Assembly (NCBI GenBank): GCA_041671205.1
Contig: JBAZCD010000001.1
Span: forward strand, 1-38,331
DNA: 38,331 nt
DNA from: Pedobacter sp.
Lineage (GTDB): Bacteria > Bacteroidota > Bacteroidia > Sphingobacteriales > Sphingobacteriaceae
Reading direction: 5' to 3'
Under the pieces are notes generated by a model. It had not been told where the DNA came from. It made no database searches and saw only the letters and a list, made by a program, of their open reading frames with translations. A program made the position numbers and the translations under genes. Shown in pieces: positions 8,369-17,258 of this stretch (positions within the stretch are counted from its first letter, which is position 1; every line of letters begins with the position of its first letter).

Positions 8369-11335
8369 TTAATGTTTTTTCCATAATTCCATATCATCAA
8401 AATACTTGGCGTTTCTTGATATTAGCTTCCCAAATATCCTTTCGACGTTCATATCGCTTTGTGGAAGGGTTTTAAGGTGTTCTACGGCTACATCTAAGTC
8501 ATTTGCTATTAAAGCTCGCTTAGGATAATCAACTAGAAATTCCAACCATTTAAGAAACTCCTTATCGCCTTCTTTTTCTGCTACTAATCTAAGAATTTTA
8601 CCATTATAGAAAAACGGCCACCAGCTCATTTCTTGCCAAGTATCGTTGTTAAAATTCTTCTTAAAATATGGTTTTTCTTTTCTCAAACATTTTTTCCATA
8701 GTGTTAAACACTCCTTGGGCTTCTTCTCAACATTATCTTCAATGAAATGATATGTATCTTCAAAAACATCATGAGAATACTTTTTAGCTAGAACTAGCAT
8801 ATAGCTATAAGAAATAGCAAAACCCGTTTCATAGTTTATTCCACCCTCTTGCGGCAATCTCCAAAATTGCCATGCAAAACCTGCTCTAATTGAGTCTGAG
8901 CCGTTTAAAAGCATGTTATTAAGTAATTCTTTAAAAGGTTTTGCATTAAATTTATTAAGCTGTATCCAAAAATTTTCACCATACAAAGCTTTATATTCGA
9001 CACCCTTAAACGCTTCTTTTCTGAACTCAGCATAAAAGACAAAAAGAGGAGAAACCTCACTTATTACATCGGATAATATATCTTTCTCTTTGCCTTTATC
9101 CTCCCTGTTTGGAAACTGTAGTTGGTTATAAGTTTTAAGAACATGCATTGCCTGCTCGTCTAATAAGCTCCTCATATATGTAAACACCCTAGCCAAATTT
9201 TTCATTACGGCGTATAGTTTTTGATTTTCTTGATTATCTAGCATAGAGAAGGCAATCTGTTCAATTCTCTCGGATTGCTCAAATGTCATAAAACGTTGTT
9301 TGGATTCTGGTAATACAGAATGCCTTGTTCGAGCAAGTCCTATTAGGGGAACACAAGCCTGAAGTCTAACGTAATAATTGCCATCCTTGGTTAATTTTTC
9401 TACCAAATCAATAACTGTATCCAAATACTGTTGTCCACCTATAACTGTAAATTGATGCAGAACCCAAGCACACCAACCTCTTATGGTATCGATACTCATA
9501 TCATCTTCTCCATTAAGTACATGTAGATGCCTGTTAAACTCTCCTTTGGCATCCTCCTTGTCATTAGCTCCTTTTTTAGAAGGGTCACTGTCGTCAATGA
9601 ATTTTTCGACCATCCACAGCGCTTCTTCAAATCTCTTTTTTTTCGCTAACTTTTCTGCAAATTTTATTAATGATTCCCTTGCTTGGTTAAATGTAACTTT
9701 CTTTTCAACTTCTTGTATAGTTAAGTCCTTTAATTTCGACTTTAAAAATTCATTGAATACTATAACTAATAGCTCCTCATTTTCTTCAGGAAGGCTGTTA
9801 ACGCTATCACAAACAACTATTTGTTGATTATCAGTCAAGCGAGGCAAACTCCAGATGTCATTTAAAATCTGTAATCCAACACTGGTTCTTTTCTCCAATA
9901 TCTTTGTTAGACCTTTTGCTACATCCCAAGCCTCAAAAGTATCAAGTTTCTTTTTAAATTCTTCGCTGGAAACATATTCTTTGAAACTAGATAATCCATC
10001 TTCGAAAGTTTCCTCGTTGTCGAGAAGCTTCCAGGTATTTTCCGTTACCATGAAACCTGCAACATCTTGCCTTTTTCTGTACTCCCTATTTTTTGGCCAA
10101 GAAGATACTATCTTCACTGCCTCCTTATTACCTTTTTGGGCTAAATCGGATGCAATTCTTTCAACAAAGACGTTCGCCGGTAATCCCTTGTAAGGTTTGC
10201 ATTCTAATTGAGCCTTTACTAAAGACCATCTTTTATCATCACTTAACTTAAGGGCGTTGTTGTAGATAGCCAGAAAAATAATTTCAGTTTTATGCGGAAT
10301 ACCATTTCTCATACGAATAAAGTCTTTAAGAATTTCCTGAGCTTCTTCAGCGTGTTCTCCCTCTTTGTATTCTCTTAATAAAAGAGATAACGAAGCCCTA
10401 TTTAAGAAATCTGGGTGCGCACTATCAACATTCTCTCCTTTTCTAGTAATACATTTTTCTATAATAAACTCCCACGCCTTACTATGATTTTCCTGATAAT
10501 AACGTTCCAGAGAGGGAGCTAAAGACATTGTGACGAAGTGTCTATCTTCAATAGAATAATCACTACCAGATTGGGATATGCCGCTACCCATCAACTCCCA
10601 ACCGTTCCAATTGTCTTTGTACCATCTGTGCTTCTTGTATTGATTGATAAGCAACCCAACAACCTTACGAAAATTACTCTCAAAATCGCTATCTATGTAT
10701 TCCTTCAATATTTGAAATGCCTCTGGAGCCGCAAAATGTGAGTATTTCCCATCATCACTCACCAGGTCAAGATGCTTATCGAGTAAGACGAGAACTTCTT
10801 CAATTTTCTTCTTCTCATCCCTTTTGAGATAGATTGCAAATATATCTCTTAGTAAGCTTAAAATAGCTTTTCTTTCTCTTTCAAAATCTCTCTTCGTGTC
10901 AAGATTCCTATACGAATCCTCTCTAAGAACCAATATATGTTTGACGAAGTCTAAAACCAGGCCGATTGAGCCGGGATACTTTCCGAGTATTTCTTGAACG
11001 ATTTCAATTGACTCATGCTGAAACAAATCATCTCGCATTTCTTTATCCAACTCGTCGTAATGAGTCTGCAAAAACCCAAGAATGTACTCATAGGAACTAT
11101 CAGTGATATTTGCTCGAAATACTTTATAAAGTCGAAATGGTCTATTTTCTTTAAATAAGATTTCCCAAAGAAAATTTAACTCCTCAAATTTATCAACCTT
11201 TTCTGGAAGTTTATGAACAAAATACCATCCTAATTCATCATTCGCTAGAGCTTTAGTAATAAAGTCTCTATTTCCACTGAAGTCCTGACTTTTAATAATT
11301 CTATTTATTTCCTTTAATTGGGTTTGTTTATTCAT
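8369..11335 (-). CDS. Large all-helical (HEAT/ARM-like) protein, candidate defence sensor
   Basis: 988 aa, amphipathic helices, 'LTKDGNYYVRLQA' HEAT-like segment, no P-loop seen; ATGA-coupled to the upstream nuclease. Confidence 0.75.
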   Translation of the reverse strand: MNKQTQLKEINRIIKSQDFSGNRDFITKALANDELGWYFVHKLPEKVDKFEELNFLWEILFKENRPFRLYKVFRANITDSSYEYILGFLQTHYDELDKEMRDDLFQHESIEIVQEILGKYPGSIGLVLDFVKHILVLREDSYRNLDTKRDFERERKAILSLLRDIFAIYLKRDEKKKIEEVLVLLDKHLDLVSDDGKYSHFAAPEAFQILKEYIDSDFESNFRKVVGLLINQYKKHRWYKDNWNGWELMGSGISQSGSDYSIEDRHFVTMSLAPSLERYYQENHSKAWEFIIEKCITRKGENVDSAHPDFLNRASLSLLLREYKEGEHAEEAQEILKDFIRMRNGIPHKTEIIFLAIYNNALKLSDDKRWSLVKAQLECKPYKGLPANVFVERIASDLAQKGNKEAVKIVSSWPKNREYRKRQDVAGFMVTENTWKLLDNEETFEDGLSSFKEYVSSEEFKKKLDTFEAWDVAKGLTKILEKRTSVGLQILNDIWSLPRLTDNQQIVVCDSVNSLPEENEELLVIVFNEFLKSKLKDLTIQEVEKKVTFNQARESLIKFAEKLAKKKRFEEALWMVEKFIDDSDPSKKGANDKEDAKGEFNRHLHVLNGEDDMSIDTIRGWCAWVLHQFTVIGGQQYLDTVIDLVEKLTKDGNYYVRLQACVPLIGLARTRHSVLPESKQRFMTFEQSERIEQIAFSMLDNQENQKLYAVMKNLARVFTYMRSLLDEQAMHVLKTYNQLQFPNREDKGKEKDILSDVISEVSPLFVFYAEFRKEAFKGVEYKALYGENFWIQLNKFNAKPFKELLNNMLLNGSDSIRAGFAWQFWRLPQEGGINYETGFAISYSYMLVLAKKYSHDVFEDTYHFIEDNVEKKPKECLTLWKKCLRKEKPYFKKNFNNDTWQEMSWWPFFYNGKILRLVAEKEGDKEFLKWLEFLVDYPKRALIANDLDVAVEHLKTLPQSDMNVERIFGKLISRNAKYFDDMELWKKH

Positions 11336-11952
11336 ACTGATACTTCTTCATTTTCAACTGAAATAATTGACTGTTCTCCTGGGCTTACCACTTCCACCTT
11401 CTTAGTGTTACTCATTGCATGGTATCTATCACAGAAATCTAAAAATGTTTCACAGTTAAATTCATAAAAATTAGGTGTTGTTTTGTTACTTTCATTTCTG
11501 TTAAAACTGTCGATTAGTTTGTTAATTAAACCGCATAATCTATCTCCATCTACAATTTCTACTACTGGGGTTGTTTTCCCGGCAAATTCTTCAACTATAC
11601 TAATCGCCCCTGACGTGATGTCAAAACTTGTCATAATTATTAAACCCTTTAATTTAATTTTGTCAGTTAAATACTCTGGGTCTGTTATTGGTACTCCCAC
11701 AGCTTCTTCAATTTGAATTCTAACCTCCGATGAAAATACTTCCTTACTGATTGTTTTAGCTTTAAGCAAAATACCTTTATGAACCAATTCTCCAAAGTCA
11801 TTTTCTTTTTTATAAAGAACGTCTTTCCCTCTTTCATTAGTACCATGCCAGTCCCTTATACAAGTTGCACCGAAAGCTTTCATAAGAGGAATAATAATTT
11901 TTATTCTTAAATCGTCCTCTTGCAATAATTGGAGTTGTTGTTTAATGTCCAT
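11332..11952 (-). CDS. Mrr-like PD-(D/E)xK restriction endonuclease domain protein
   Basis: EDDLR..IIPL..FG...WHGTNERGKD...GILLKAK...QIEEA...IIMTS...IVDG; start reassigned to ATG 11952. Confidence 0.75.
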   Translation of the reverse strand: MDIKQQLQLLQEDDLRIKIIIPLMKAFGATCIRDWHGTNERGKDVLYKKENDFGELVHKGILLKAKTISKEVFSSEVRIQIEEAVGVPITDPEYLTDKIKLKGLIIMTSFDITSGAISIVEEFAGKTTPVVEIVDGDRLCGLINKLIDSFNRNESNKTTPNFYEFNCETFLDFCDRYHAMSNTKKVEVVSPGEQSIISVENEEVSV

Positions 11953-12124
11953 GATTGAATACGATTTTTCTAATATCTTCCATGCGATAACGACGGTCTC
12001 CAACACCACGTCTGGAACCAATTCTTACAGCCTTTAATCGGCCTTCTTTGTCCCATCGACGGAGAGTTTGCTCATTTACCTTGAGTATTTGTGCAGTTTG
12101 TTTTAGAGTCAGAAGTTCTTCCAT
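11942..12124 (-). CDS. MerR/excisionase-like HTH (HTH_17)
   Basis: LLTLKQTAQILKVNEQTLRRWDKEGRLKAVRIG..GDRRY; start reassigned to ATG 12124. Confidence 0.88.
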   Translation of the reverse strand: MEELLTLKQTAQILKVNEQTLRRWDKEGRLKAVRIGSRRGVGDRRYRMEDIRKIVFNHGH

Positions 12125-12234
12125 ATTTTCATTGCCTGAATTGAGTTTAATTATACTTAATTGCTTGTGGTTATGAAAGTGTCTAAGAACATCCAAGACA
12201 AAATATTGATGTGGTTTGATATCTAATAATATTG

Positions 12235-12263
12235 TTGACTCAATAAGTTAGTTTTGTTAAGCT
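12235..12263 (+). promoter_or_regulatory. Sigma70-like promoter
   Basis: TTGACT-17-TAAGCT. Confidence 0.55.
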
Positions 12264-12316
12264 GAATTTAGCTTTGAAAGAAGCCGAGTAAAAGTTTGAG
12301 TTTAAGTACCCTTTAC

Positions 12317-12348
12317 GGGAGTAGAAGTTTTGACTACTCCCTTTTTTT
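12317..12348 (+). terminator. Intrinsic terminator/attenuator in leader
   Basis: GGGAGTAG / CTACTCCC stem followed by T7. Confidence 0.75.
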
Positions 12349-12439
12349 GTGGTCAAAACTAAGTTTTAGGTAACGGAAGCCCTCAAGGGAAAGCCTCCAA
12401 GGTCAAGTTAGATTTTCTAGCTTAACTAAGGAGGTTTTA

Positions 12440-13129
12440 ATGTATCTACCTAAAACTAAACAAGAACTTGAAAAGGCTTATCAAAAATATGGCAGTACAC
12501 GGGCGGTTGCTCGTGTTTTCGGATGCAGTCAAACACACGTTGTTGGTTGGCTTCGCAAATTTGGAATCAAGGCAATTCCTCCTCTTCTCCATACAATCGG
12601 TGGCAATACTGGCAAGGGTCGTTTGGCCGAGTTATACGTCGAAGGACACCCATACTTTGTAAATAGATTTAAGGATTCCCTACAAGACGATGGAGATAAA
12701 AGTCCAATTGACGGTTTTCTCGATACTAAAAAGGTCAATGTAAAGTCGAGTCATTGGAAAAGGCCTTGTTTCACTCTAAAAGAAAAGGTTCACCGTTGCG
12801 ACTTATACATTTGTGCTTGGTATGTAGACAAGATAAGTAGGGTGATTCCTAGAGAGATATGGATAATCCCCTCTAAAGAAGCCCCTCTGTCTCATATTTC
12901 CTGCGGTATTAGAAACAAAGACAAATATGGTAAGTATCGACTATCGCTCGTCAGCAATAAAAAAGATGAACTAACTTACAACCGTAAATTCGGTAAAAAA
13001 TACTCAAGATTTCTTCCAAGACAAAAGGCGGCCTGCAATTCAAGTAGGCCGTCTTTTTTGTTGGAAAAAAGTAGCGACAGGGGGTTTGAATCTTATGATG
13101 TCGCCTCACAGATAAGCATAAGAGCTTAG
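12440..13129 (+). CDS. HTH plus PD-(D/E)xK nuclease-like protein (homing-endonuclease-like)
   Basis: HTH STRAVARVFGCSQTHVVGWLRKFG; GKGRLAEL...PIDG....VNVKSS; strong SD AAGGAGG. Confidence 0.7.
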   Translation: MYLPKTKQELEKAYQKYGSTRAVARVFGCSQTHVVGWLRKFGIKAIPPLLHTIGGNTGKGRLAELYVEGHPYFVNRFKDSLQDDGDKSPIDGFLDTKKVNVKSSHWKRPCFTLKEKVHRCDLYICAWYVDKISRVIPREIWIIPSKEAPLSHISCGIRNKDKYGKYRLSLVSNKKDELTYNRKFGKKYSRFLPRQKAACNSSRPSFLLEKSSDRGFESYDVASQISIRA

Positions 13130-13452
13130 GCCTGATGTCTTCGGCAGCATCCGAGGGGTCGACGGAATTGGAGCTTAAGTACAAAATGGAGACAGCTACT
13201 CGTCCTTACCAAGTCGTCTCCCTCTAGAGGAAACTCTAGACCATAGGGAAAGGTGCAAGTAGTCCGAGAGACAACGGAAAACACTACTCATAGAATAATA
13301 CCTTCTCGCACGGGGGTACTAACCTCTCTATGGTCTCTAGAATTAGCATAGGGCTTGTGAAACACTCCCAAGGCTGGAGTGTTAAATATTTTGAGAAAAT
13401 TCAAATTTTTAGGGGGGTTGTCGGGGGGAATATGAGGGTTAAGAGCAAGACT

Positions 13453-13662
13453 CTAAACCAATTCAACATTAAGAATTTCATTAAGCATTTTTTGCTCTAC
13501 TCTGAAAATGCTTGGCTCTTTTTCAATAAACCAGCGTTTTTTACTCCCTGGTAAGAGGTAATAATCAATCTCTCCATTGCAAGCTCTCCTCCATACAGTA
13601 GTTCGAGATAACTTTTTCTTACGGGCATAATTTTGAGTGTTTATTAAAGTAATTTTTGCCAT
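13453..13662 (-). CDS. Small Xis-like HTH protein
   Basis: NYARKKKLSRTTVWRRACNGEI. Confidence 0.6.
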   Translation of the reverse strand: MAKITLINTQNYARKKKLSRTTVWRRACNGEIDYYLLPGSKKRWFIEKEPSIFRVEQKMLNEILNVELV

Positions 13663-14166
13663 TATATCCTTTTCGTCGATATCGACTGAATTGAATAATC
13701 AATTATTATATTCAACTAAATTCTATCATTTATAGGATTTTATTAGAACTATTGTTAATAGTAAATAGGATATGCTAGACACAACTAAGACCCTCCATGA
13801 ATCAACCTCACATTATTTGTTGGTTTATCTTTTGAAACATAGGTGGGGGGCACTTCTTAACTAGTTATTTAGCCCGTTATTAAGGCACTATGAATGTATT
13901 TGAACACTATTTTGCTGCACCTGTTTTTTGTAGATATTTCAAACCAACAAGACAATGAATCGTATCGAAAATGACAGATTGTATTCTTTGTAAAATTTAG
14001 GAGAATGAAGGTAGTTATAGGTCTTATAACCTATTGACTTTATATGAATAACTGTTGTAAACTTTTTTACAAGAGAATAATATTCTCTCTCGAAATAAAA
14101 CGAAAAAGAAATAAGTGGATGTGCCATTTTTGGCCTCCACTTTTTTGCGTTTATAAGGAGGTCTTT

Positions 14167-14418
14167 ATGGATGACATAGAAGATAAGCTCGATTTATTGG
14201 CAGCGAAACTTGCCGAGTTGATGCTCTCTCAACTTGGTTTCAAGTTCATTCCTGAGGTATCACTAGTAACCTACCGACTGTTCACCGTGATAGATGGTTA
14301 CGAAAGCATAAGTTTTAGCTTGAGTAAGAGTCTTGAGTCTTATTATCAGTTTGAGCCTCTTAATTCAAAGGCAAGAAAGGAGTTATATGAGTACCAACAA
14401 TTCAACTGTACCTGCTGA
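14167..14418 (+). CDS. Small protein preceding and overlapping the integrase (possible accessory factor)
   Basis: SD AAGGAGGT then ATG 14167 (MDDIEDKLDLLAAKLAEL...). Confidence 0.55.
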   Translation: MDDIEDKLDLLAAKLAELMLSQLGFKFIPEVSLVTYRLFTVIDGYESISFSLSKSLESYYQFEPLNSKARKELYEYQQFNCTC

Positions 14419-15973
14419 GTTTACCAAGACAGCTGTTATTTATTGCAGAGTATCTGACCCAGGCCAGGTAAGTGGTTTCTCGCTTGATGTCCAACGTGAG
14501 CTTTGCGAAAAATGGGCATTGGAGAATCAACATAAAGTAGTTGGCATCTTTACAGATGGTGGTAAATCTGGGACTAAGACTGTAGGAAGACAAGCACTTG
14601 AGGACTTGTTGATACGATGCCAGGAAGAACATATTGACACAATGTTGGTCATTGATACGGACAGGCTGGCTCGTGAAGAAAAAGACCATTTCATAATCAA
14701 GGCTGCACTTAAAAAGTTTGGGACAAGGTTAGTTGCTGTCAATCAGCCGATGATTGACGACTCACCAGAGGGACAATTGTTTGAAACCTTGCTTGCTGCA
14801 ATAAATGCATTCTATAGTCGTCTTCTGGGAAGAAAAGTTAGGAAAAGTCTAGAGAAAAAGTTTTGGGATGGGAATTGGCCAGGATGGGCACCGCTTGGCT
14901 ACAAGAACTACAACATCGGTACTGAAGACAAACCAAACCGTATTGTGATTGTGGATGAGGAGAAGGCTCAATTTGTCACCGAACTATTTAATTTGTATTC
15001 TACTGGCCAATACACTTTGGATAAGTTAGCTGATTCGATGTATCTCGAAGGTTTCCGTTCAAAGAATGGAGGTAAGGTCTATCGAAGTGTAATTCATTCT
15101 ATGCTGAGAAATCCTTTTTATATCGGAGAGTTGCACTATCGAGAAATGATAAATCCCAACGGACAACACCAACCACTTACTACCAGAGCAATATTTAATA
15201 CATGCCAAAGAATGCTTGAAGTTCACAACAGGTTTGCCTGTCGAAAAAGACGCTATCGCTGGCTATATAACGGCATGGTCTTTTGCGGAACTTGTGGCTC
15301 ACGGATGTATGCTGAGTTTCAACACAAGAAGCGACACGCTTACTATCATTGCAATACCCGCAAACATTGCCGAGAGCCGTTTGTAGAATTGAACGATTTA
15401 CATGATAAGGTGGCAGAGGAATTTCATAAAATTCAACTCCCAAAGCGGTTTGTGAATCGGGTTATGTCAAAGGCTCAGGAATTGGTTAGTCAAACCAAAG
15501 GTAATGCAGATAGCCAAAAGGTGGCTTTGGAGAATGCTATTCTTCAGTTAAAGAACAAGAAGGCCAAGCTCCTGGAGGTGTTACTGAACCAAACAATTGA
15601 TAACAATACTTTCCAAGATAAAGACGCTGACTTTAATATCCAGATAAAGGCACTAGAGGACAGAATGTCGGATATTGAGGCAAATAATCTTATTGATTAC
15701 AACCTAGTCGAAAATGTCATGAGTTTGGCTTCAAATATCTACTACACCTATACTCATTCAAATTTCGACGCCAAAAGGTTGTATCTGAAGTTATTCTTTG
15801 AGAAGTTTACAATACAGGGCAGAAACATTGTGGAGGCAGAACCATCACCACTTTTTAAGGCATTACTAGACACAAATTGTCGAGTAACGCCGAACTGGCT
15901 CCACCTTATAGAAAGCGAGAGAACATACTTCCTCTCTGAAACCCAACCTACTTATTTGTTTTTACCAGCTTAA
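14387..15973 (+). CDS. Large serine recombinase (element C integrase)
   Basis: IYCRVS, DRLAR, APLGY, NPFYIG, CGTCG...YYHC, coiled coil; SD AAGGAG before ATG 14387; crosses the att core at 15898. Confidence 0.95.
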   Translation: MSTNNSTVPAEFTKTAVIYCRVSDPGQVSGFSLDVQRELCEKWALENQHKVVGIFTDGGKSGTKTVGRQALEDLLIRCQEEHIDTMLVIDTDRLAREEKDHFIIKAALKKFGTRLVAVNQPMIDDSPEGQLFETLLAAINAFYSRLLGRKVRKSLEKKFWDGNWPGWAPLGYKNYNIGTEDKPNRIVIVDEEKAQFVTELFNLYSTGQYTLDKLADSMYLEGFRSKNGGKVYRSVIHSMLRNPFYIGELHYREMINPNGQHQPLTTRAIFNTCQRMLEVHNRFACRKRRYRWLYNGMVFCGTCGSRMYAEFQHKKRHAYYHCNTRKHCREPFVELNDLHDKVAEEFHKIQLPKRFVNRVMSKAQELVSQTKGNADSQKVALENAILQLKNKKAKLLEVLLNQTIDNNTFQDKDADFNIQIKALEDRMSDIEANNLIDYNLVENVMSLASNIYYTYTHSNFDAKRLYLKLFFEKFTIQGRNIVEAEPSPLFKALLDTNCRVTPNWLHLIESERTYFLSETQPTYLFLPA

Positions 15974-15975
15974 AT

Positions 15976-16578
15976 ATGATTACCAACTACGAAAATGATT
16001 TCACAAAAGACCAAGTAACCGATAAGCTCTATAAAACCATCATTAAAGAGCTTCGAACTAACTCTGACGGAACAATAAAGAACGATACGGGTAGAAAACG
16101 AGAGCTACCGCGCGAAACGTTACATAATTATCTCTTTTTCCTCTCCATGACTGGCGAGTATGTATCCTCGGCTGAAAGTGCTGGCTTACCAGAGAAAAGA
16201 CGGCGAAAATATATGACTGAATCGGAAACATTTCGCGCTGTGTCTAGCCTGGCAAAGAGCAACGTCTCCTTGCGGTCAAGAATGGCAGTGGCGCAAGCAA
16301 TAATGGGTAGAAAGCCTAGTTACTACAAGTTAATCCATCCAGTTACTAAACAACCTACATACATAGAGCTGAGAGAGGTTCCATCAAACGTAAACGCGGC
16401 CATGTGGTGGCTTGAAAAAGTAGATAAAATCGGTGTTGTGGAAGAACAGGAAATACCGAAACTTGGTGCACCGAGAAACGAAGAAGAAGCAGAACTATTA
16501 GAGATGATTATGAATAAACACTACGATTACGTTAAAAAGAAAGAACAAGAAGCCGCACAGAGTAAAAGGATTGTTTAA
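15976..16578 (+). CDS. Terminase small subunit-like protein
   Basis: HTH (SSAESAGL..RRRKY....TF) followed by helices and NVNAAMWWLEK, typical of TerS oligomerisation regions. Confidence 0.55.
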   Translation: MITNYENDFTKDQVTDKLYKTIIKELRTNSDGTIKNDTGRKRELPRETLHNYLFFLSMTGEYVSSAESAGLPEKRRRKYMTESETFRAVSSLAKSNVSLRSRMAVAQAIMGRKPSYYKLIHPVTKQPTYIELREVPSNVNAAMWWLEKVDKIGVVEEQEIPKLGAPRNEEEAELLEMIMNKHYDYVKKKEQEAAQSKRIV

Positions 16579-16603
16579 AAGTTCTATAATAGACATAGCT
16601 TAT

Positions 16604-17242
16604 ATGAAGAAAAAAACATCGAGAAAAAACACACTTATTACAATTTTTATTGTTGTAATACTGGTTGCGGCCTTTTCCTTTATTGCTTACAAGAGTTGGC
16701 AGGAAAAATTTACAGCGCCAAGAAAAGATGCTCCATTGGTGCAATTTCGCATTGGGAAAGATACATCCTTAACGGCTGTTATTGGCAATCTGTATTACTA
16801 CGGATTTATACGAGACGAGAAAGCCTTCAAATACGCCCTAGAACACTCTAAAGACCCTACCACAGGCCTAGAAGGCGCACTAAAGATAAACAATAACACG
16901 GTTGATACCCAGGCAATTTACAAAATTTCCCAGACCATGGACGCTTGGCAACTAGCCCAAGTATTGCTAAATAAGGGAACTTTTTCAGATTGTAGTCATG
17001 GTTGCCCTGAAAGTATTTTTGACCCAGAATTATTGCCAGGCGGGAATCTTGCCCCTACTATTGCAGAAAAATACGAATGGGTAAAAACATACGAAGATTG
17101 TATTAAAGCAATCGGACGCGATGGCGGGCAGTTATCGTCCGAACAGTATCATCAAAGAACGGGAATTAGAAAGTGTGTGAGTCCAGACGCGCGCGAATTT
17201 ACAGAGGGTAAAGAAGGTTGGGTAAAAGCTATTGGAGGGTGA
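16604..17242 (+). CDS. Membrane-anchored protein with MltG/YceG N-terminal-like domain
   Basis: TM, then FRIGKDTSLTAVIGNL...GFI....AF and YKISQTMDAWQLAQVL; lacks the catalytic YceG C-terminal domain and has a Cys-rich tail instead. Confidence 0.65.
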   Translation: MKKKTSRKNTLITIFIVVILVAAFSFIAYKSWQEKFTAPRKDAPLVQFRIGKDTSLTAVIGNLYYYGFIRDEKAFKYALEHSKDPTTGLEGALKINNNTVDTQAIYKISQTMDAWQLAQVLLNKGTFSDCSHGCPESIFDPELLPGGNLAPTIAEKYEWVKTYEDCIKAIGRDGGQLSSEQYHQRTGIRKCVSPDAREFTEGKEGWVKAIGG

Positions 17243-17258
17243 TAATGAAATTAATCTT

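Larger units (their letters stand above)
6434..15902. mobile_element. Element C: LSR-encoding integrative element
   Basis: GCTCC cores at 6434 and 15898; LSR at the right end; XRE and Xis-like HTHs; nuclease cargo. Confidence 0.8.

Noticed and set aside
13330-13554. 74-aa ORF as a possible Rep remnant
   Set aside because: In-frame stop just upstream, overlap with an opposite-strand HTH gene, and no motif.
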